Source of the DNA: Flavobacteriales bacterium
Lineage (GTDB): Bacteria > Bacteroidota > Bacteroidia > Palsa-965
Reading direction: 5' to 3'
Assembly (NCBI GenBank): GCA_040377305.1
Contig: JBEIPA010000005.1
Location: forward strand, 128,001 to 192,000
Length of the DNA: 64,000 nucleotides
In this document: piece after piece, positions 60,855 to 64,000 of the stretch
Layout of the letters: the number at the start of each line of letters is the position of its first letter
Numbering within the stretch: position 1 is the stretch's first letter
Notes under the pieces: generated by a model
Told to the model about the DNA's origin: nothing
The model's database searches: none
The model's input: only the letters and a program-made list of their open reading frames with translations
Made by a program: the position numbers and the translations under genes

Positions 60855-61796
60855 ATGAAGCGCACGAAATCTAAACCCATTCTGGATTGGCTACTCGAAG
60901 GAGATGTAGCCATACAATATCAGGTCGAACGTGACTTGCTGGGAAAGGATAACAGAGCGAAACAGAAACAGATTGCTCTTGAAGGATGGGGCAAACGATT
61001 TCTTTCTAAACGAAAAGCCAACGGCCATTGGGGAGAAAGTTTTTACCAACCAAAATGGATATCGACACATTATACATTGTTGGATCTGCGGAACCTCAAT
61101 ATTGCTTCGAATAATCCCATCATTCATCAAAGTCTCAAACAAGTTCTGAATACCTGCCGCTCTGAAGATGGTGGTATTCAGCTGGGACCTTCTACGGCGG
61201 TGCAAAGTGATGTATGTGTGAATGGCATGTTTCTGAACTATGCTTCATACTTTAGAATGAGTGAGAAACAACTCGAGCCTTTGGTCGACGTCCTGCTCAA
61301 AGAAATTATGCCCGACGGTGGGTTCAATTGCAGAACAGCCGCGTCAGGTTCTACGCATAGTTCATTGCATTCTACGATATCAGTGCTGGAAGGTCTGCAC
61401 GAATTTCAGAAGAAGGGTTATACCTACCGAAAAAAGGAAATTCAGAATGCGAAAACGAGTGCAGAAGAATTCATTCTGATGCATCGGTTGTTTCTTTCAG
61501 ACAGGACTGGTCAGATCATCAGTCAATCTTTTCTGCGGTTGAGTTATCCGTGCAGGTGGAAATATGACATTCTTCGGGCGCTTGACTACTTTCAATACGC
61601 AGGTCGAAAGTGGGATAACCGCATGGAAGATGCAATTCAAATCCTTCTCAAAAAGAAAAATGAAGATGGCAGCTGGAGTCAGCAGGCCATGCATCCCGGA
61701 GAAGTTCACTTTCAAATGGAGAAACCCGGATCTCCTGGCAGATGGAATACACTGCGTGCATTACGTGTGTTCAAACACTTTTCAATTGAACACTAA
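60855..61796 (+). CDS. Hypothetical protein with terpene-cyclase/prenyltransferase-like (alpha/alpha) repeats
   Basis: WLLEGD.AIQYQ..RDL, DGGFNC, W.YDILRALDYF, DGSW, RWNTLRALRV. Confidence 0.7.
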   Translation: MKRTKSKPILDWLLEGDVAIQYQVERDLLGKDNRAKQKQIALEGWGKRFLSKRKANGHWGESFYQPKWISTHYTLLDLRNLNIASNNPIIHQSLKQVLNTCRSEDGGIQLGPSTAVQSDVCVNGMFLNYASYFRMSEKQLEPLVDVLLKEIMPDGGFNCRTAASGSTHSSLHSTISVLEGLHEFQKKGYTYRKKEIQNAKTSAEEFILMHRLFLSDRTGQIISQSFLRLSYPCRWKYDILRALDYFQYAGRKWDNRMEDAIQILLKKKNEDGSWSQQAMHPGEVHFQMEKPGSPGRWNTLRALRVFKHFSIEH

Positions 61797-61819
61797 AGTC
61801 GCTCTGGAAATTCTGCACA

Positions 61820-61831
61820 TGATTGTTATCA
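61820..61831. promoter_or_regulatory. Candidate Crp/Fnr-family box
   Basis: TGAT-TGTT-ATCA. Confidence 0.4.
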
Positions 61832-61892
61832 GTACCCCAGCATGATTTTCAGCATCTGTCAACAAATCAAGCTTGCTTAGCTTTGATGTGCA

Positions 61893-62600
61893 ATGGCACA
61901 ACTCACGATCGACAATTATCTGGATCCGCATTATATACACCGCAGCAATTGGCTGAGGGCAGCGGTTCTTGGAGCCAACGACGGAATAATTTCAATTTCG
62001 AGTATCGCAATTGGCTTGGCCGCCGCAACAACAACGCGTGAGCCTATCGTGCTCGCAACTGTGGCGGGACTCGTTGCAGGAGCATTGTCTATGGCCGCAG
62101 GCGAATACGTATCGGTGAGCTCGCAGACTGATACGGAAAAAGCCGACATTGAAAGAGAAGCTGCAGAACTTAAAGCAATGCCCGAAGAAGAATTAGCAAT
62201 CCTTGCTGTGATTTATGAAAAAAGAGGATTGAAAAAGGAAACAGCACTTCAGGTTGCAAAAGAGTTAACCGACAAAGATGCACTTGCTGCTCATGTAAGA
62301 GATGAGTTGGGTATCAATGAAATTACAAGTGCAAAACCTATTCAGGCGGCATTCGCGTCCGGGGCTGCATTCACTGTGGGTGGAATCTTGCCATTACTCG
62401 TTGTATTGTTCACTCCAGTACGGGGAATGGAATATACATTGTACGGTTCTTCAATCGTTTCACTGATCGTCCTGGGTGTCATCTCCGCGAAAACCGGTGG
62501 ATCAGGCATGATGAAAGCAATCATGCGCATTACCATCTGGGGTACTGTGGCCATGGGACTGACTGCGTTGGTTGGATATCTGTTTGGGGTTGCGGTGTAG
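61893..62600 (+). CDS. VIT1/CCC1 family Fe/Mn transporter
   Basis: WLRAAVLGANDG, AGALSMAAGEYVSVSSQ, HVRDELG. Confidence 0.93.
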   Translation: MAQLTIDNYLDPHYIHRSNWLRAAVLGANDGIISISSIAIGLAAATTTREPIVLATVAGLVAGALSMAAGEYVSVSSQTDTEKADIEREAAELKAMPEEELAILAVIYEKRGLKKETALQVAKELTDKDALAAHVRDELGINEITSAKPIQAAFASGAAFTVGGILPLLVVLFTPVRGMEYTLYGSSIVSLIVLGVISAKTGGSGMMKAIMRITIWGTVAMGLTALVGYLFGVAV

Positions 62601-62751
62601 TTCAAGCAACTTGCATAGAAAAGAACCCTAAATTATTGCGGATGAAAGTAATCGTGTTTCCTGAACGCGCTGTACTGATTGCATGAAAGAATGCCGTAAT
62701 GCTGAATCAACATCTTACCGACCGCTGCGCGCAAAGCATCATGAGAATTAA

Positions 62752-62763
62752 TGATTCCGATCA
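62752..62763. promoter_or_regulatory. Candidate Crp/Fnr-family box
   Basis: TGAT-TCCG-ATCA. Confidence 0.4.
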
Positions 62764-62805
62764 TTTTTAAAATGTGAAAACTACTGCACATTTGAAAAAA
62801 AATAC

Positions 62806-63300
62806 ATGGATCAGGCTCACATTCATCTATTGATCACCCACCTCGCCATACTAGGCTCTCTGTTAGGCGGATTTGTTTTAGTCCATGGAATTTGGACTCG
62901 TAGTTCACAAACCAAAATAGCGGCTTACAATCTTTTGATTCTCGCTGCAATTGGTGGAACTGTTGCCTACTTAACCGGTGAAGGTGCCGAAGAGGCGGTA
63001 GAAAACATTCCGGGAGTTGCGGAAAGTTTGATTGAGCAACATGAAGAATCTGCAATCTACGCTTTGGTCTCCCTGATTATTCTTGGTGCTGCCGCGCTCA
63101 TCGGGCTATACGTTACATTAAAGAAATCAGCGATGACCCGAACGGTTGCTATTGCAATATTGTTGATCTCGCTAATCAGTTTTGGCTTTGCCGCACGAAC
63201 CGGTTATCTGGGTGGACAAATCCGACATTCAGAAATCAACTCCGGTTCAACTCCTGCCCAGCCAAATGGCGAAACCGGCGATGAGCAAGAAGATGACTGA
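62806..63300 (+). CDS. DUF2231-like His-containing 4-TM membrane protein
   Basis: HIHLLITH, AYLTGEGAEE, IEQHEE, TGYLGGQIRH. Confidence 0.7.
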   Translation: MDQAHIHLLITHLAILGSLLGGFVLVHGIWTRSSQTKIAAYNLLILAAIGGTVAYLTGEGAEEAVENIPGVAESLIEQHEESAIYALVSLIILGAAALIGLYVTLKKSAMTRTVAIAILLISLISFGFAARTGYLGGQIRHSEINSGSTPAQPNGETGDEQEDD

Positions 63301-63422
63301 TTGCTTGCGAATTAAATGGTCCGTTCCGCACCCTGGCTTCGCGGCCAGCCAGTTTCACTGGAGTTCAGAAATCGCATCTGAAGATTAAACGTAACTTCAC
63401 CCTGAATTAATCATCTACAATC

Positions 63423-63764
63423 ATGTCCGATCCACGCTGCCCAAAATGCAATTACGAATACACTTACCACAATGGAACCGTTCAGGTTTGCACCGACTGT
63501 GATCACCAGTGGGATCCGAATGCAGTTGTAGCTGAAGAAGCAGCTCCTTCCAACAAAGTTCTTGATATGAACGGAAACGAGCTGGTTGATGGAGACACCA
63601 TTGTTGTGATGAAAGATCTACCTGTGAAAGGTGCACTCAGACCAGTGAAAGCCGGAACGAAAGTGAAGAATATCAAACTCGTTGAAGGCGATCACAACAT
63701 CAGCTGTAAGATTGATGGATTTGGGAGTATGGGATTGAAGTCGGAGTTTGTGAAGAAAGCCTGA
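63423..63764 (+). CDS. PhnA/YjdM zinc-ribbon protein
   Basis: CPKC..EYTY...[33 protein letters not shown]. Confidence 0.92.
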   Translation: MSDPRCPKCNYEYTYHNGTVQVCTDCDHQWDPNAVVAEEAAPSNKVLDMNGNELVDGDTIVVMKDLPVKGALRPVKAGTKVKNIKLVEGDHNISCKIDGFGSMGLKSEFVKKA

Positions 63765-63809
63765 TGATCCGATGAGTCGATGATTCAAAGTATTCATTAG
63801 CTTAGTTCT

Positions 63810-63989
63810 ATGCCATTAACACTCAAGGACGGAGACAACTGCACTGTAACTGCAGGAACTCACACAGGAAAATCCGGAAAAGTGAGCGATATCAATACCA
63901 GCAAAACGGGCGCGGTGACCATTACCGTTACCCAGAAAAGCGGAGTCCGGTTTAAGACGCTTGCAAAGAATGTTGAAGTAAAATCATAA
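63810..63989 (+). CDS. 59-aa KOW-motif protein (absent from the ORF track)
   Basis: Hand translation MPLTLKDGDNCTVTAGTHTGKSGKVSDINTSKTGAVTITVTQKSGVRFKTLAKNVEVKS*. Confidence 0.8.
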   Translation: MPLTLKDGDNCTVTAGTHTGKSGKVSDINTSKTGAVTITVTQKSGVRFKTLAKNVEVKS

Positions 63990-64000
63990 TTTGAGTTCAA

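Overview
This is a 64 kb chromosomal window of a Bacteroidota bacterium, inferred from TAnnTTTG -7 promoter boxes, several T9SS C-terminal sorting domains, and the PduO-type adenosyltransferase/DUF2795/secA gene order. It is mostly core and envelope genes: kynU, hemL, gcvP, mlaEF-like, feoAB, fumC, prfB (programmed +1 frameshift), recX, queE, secA, OmpA proteins, a WD40/Omp85 protein and a GH9. An accessory tail at 59-64 kb holds a DUF559 nuclease, DUF2200, rifampin ADP-ribosyltransferase arr, DUF3788, VIT1, PhnA and a KOW micro-protein. I saw no rRNA, tRNA, CRISPR array, integrase or transposase. The unexplained signal lies between genes. (i) Two paralogous 49-55 aa CxxC/Lys-tail lipoproteins missed by the ORF track sit upstream of feoAB. 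(ii) At least five families of palindromic or short-tandem repeat elements occur, one bracketing a DUF559 nuclease and one bracketing an exported ORF just before secA. (iii) A lipoprotein consists only of the SecD periplasmic domain. All product calls come from motif recognition by eye, with no database search. Several start codons were moved from the ORF track to the more plausible downstream start.
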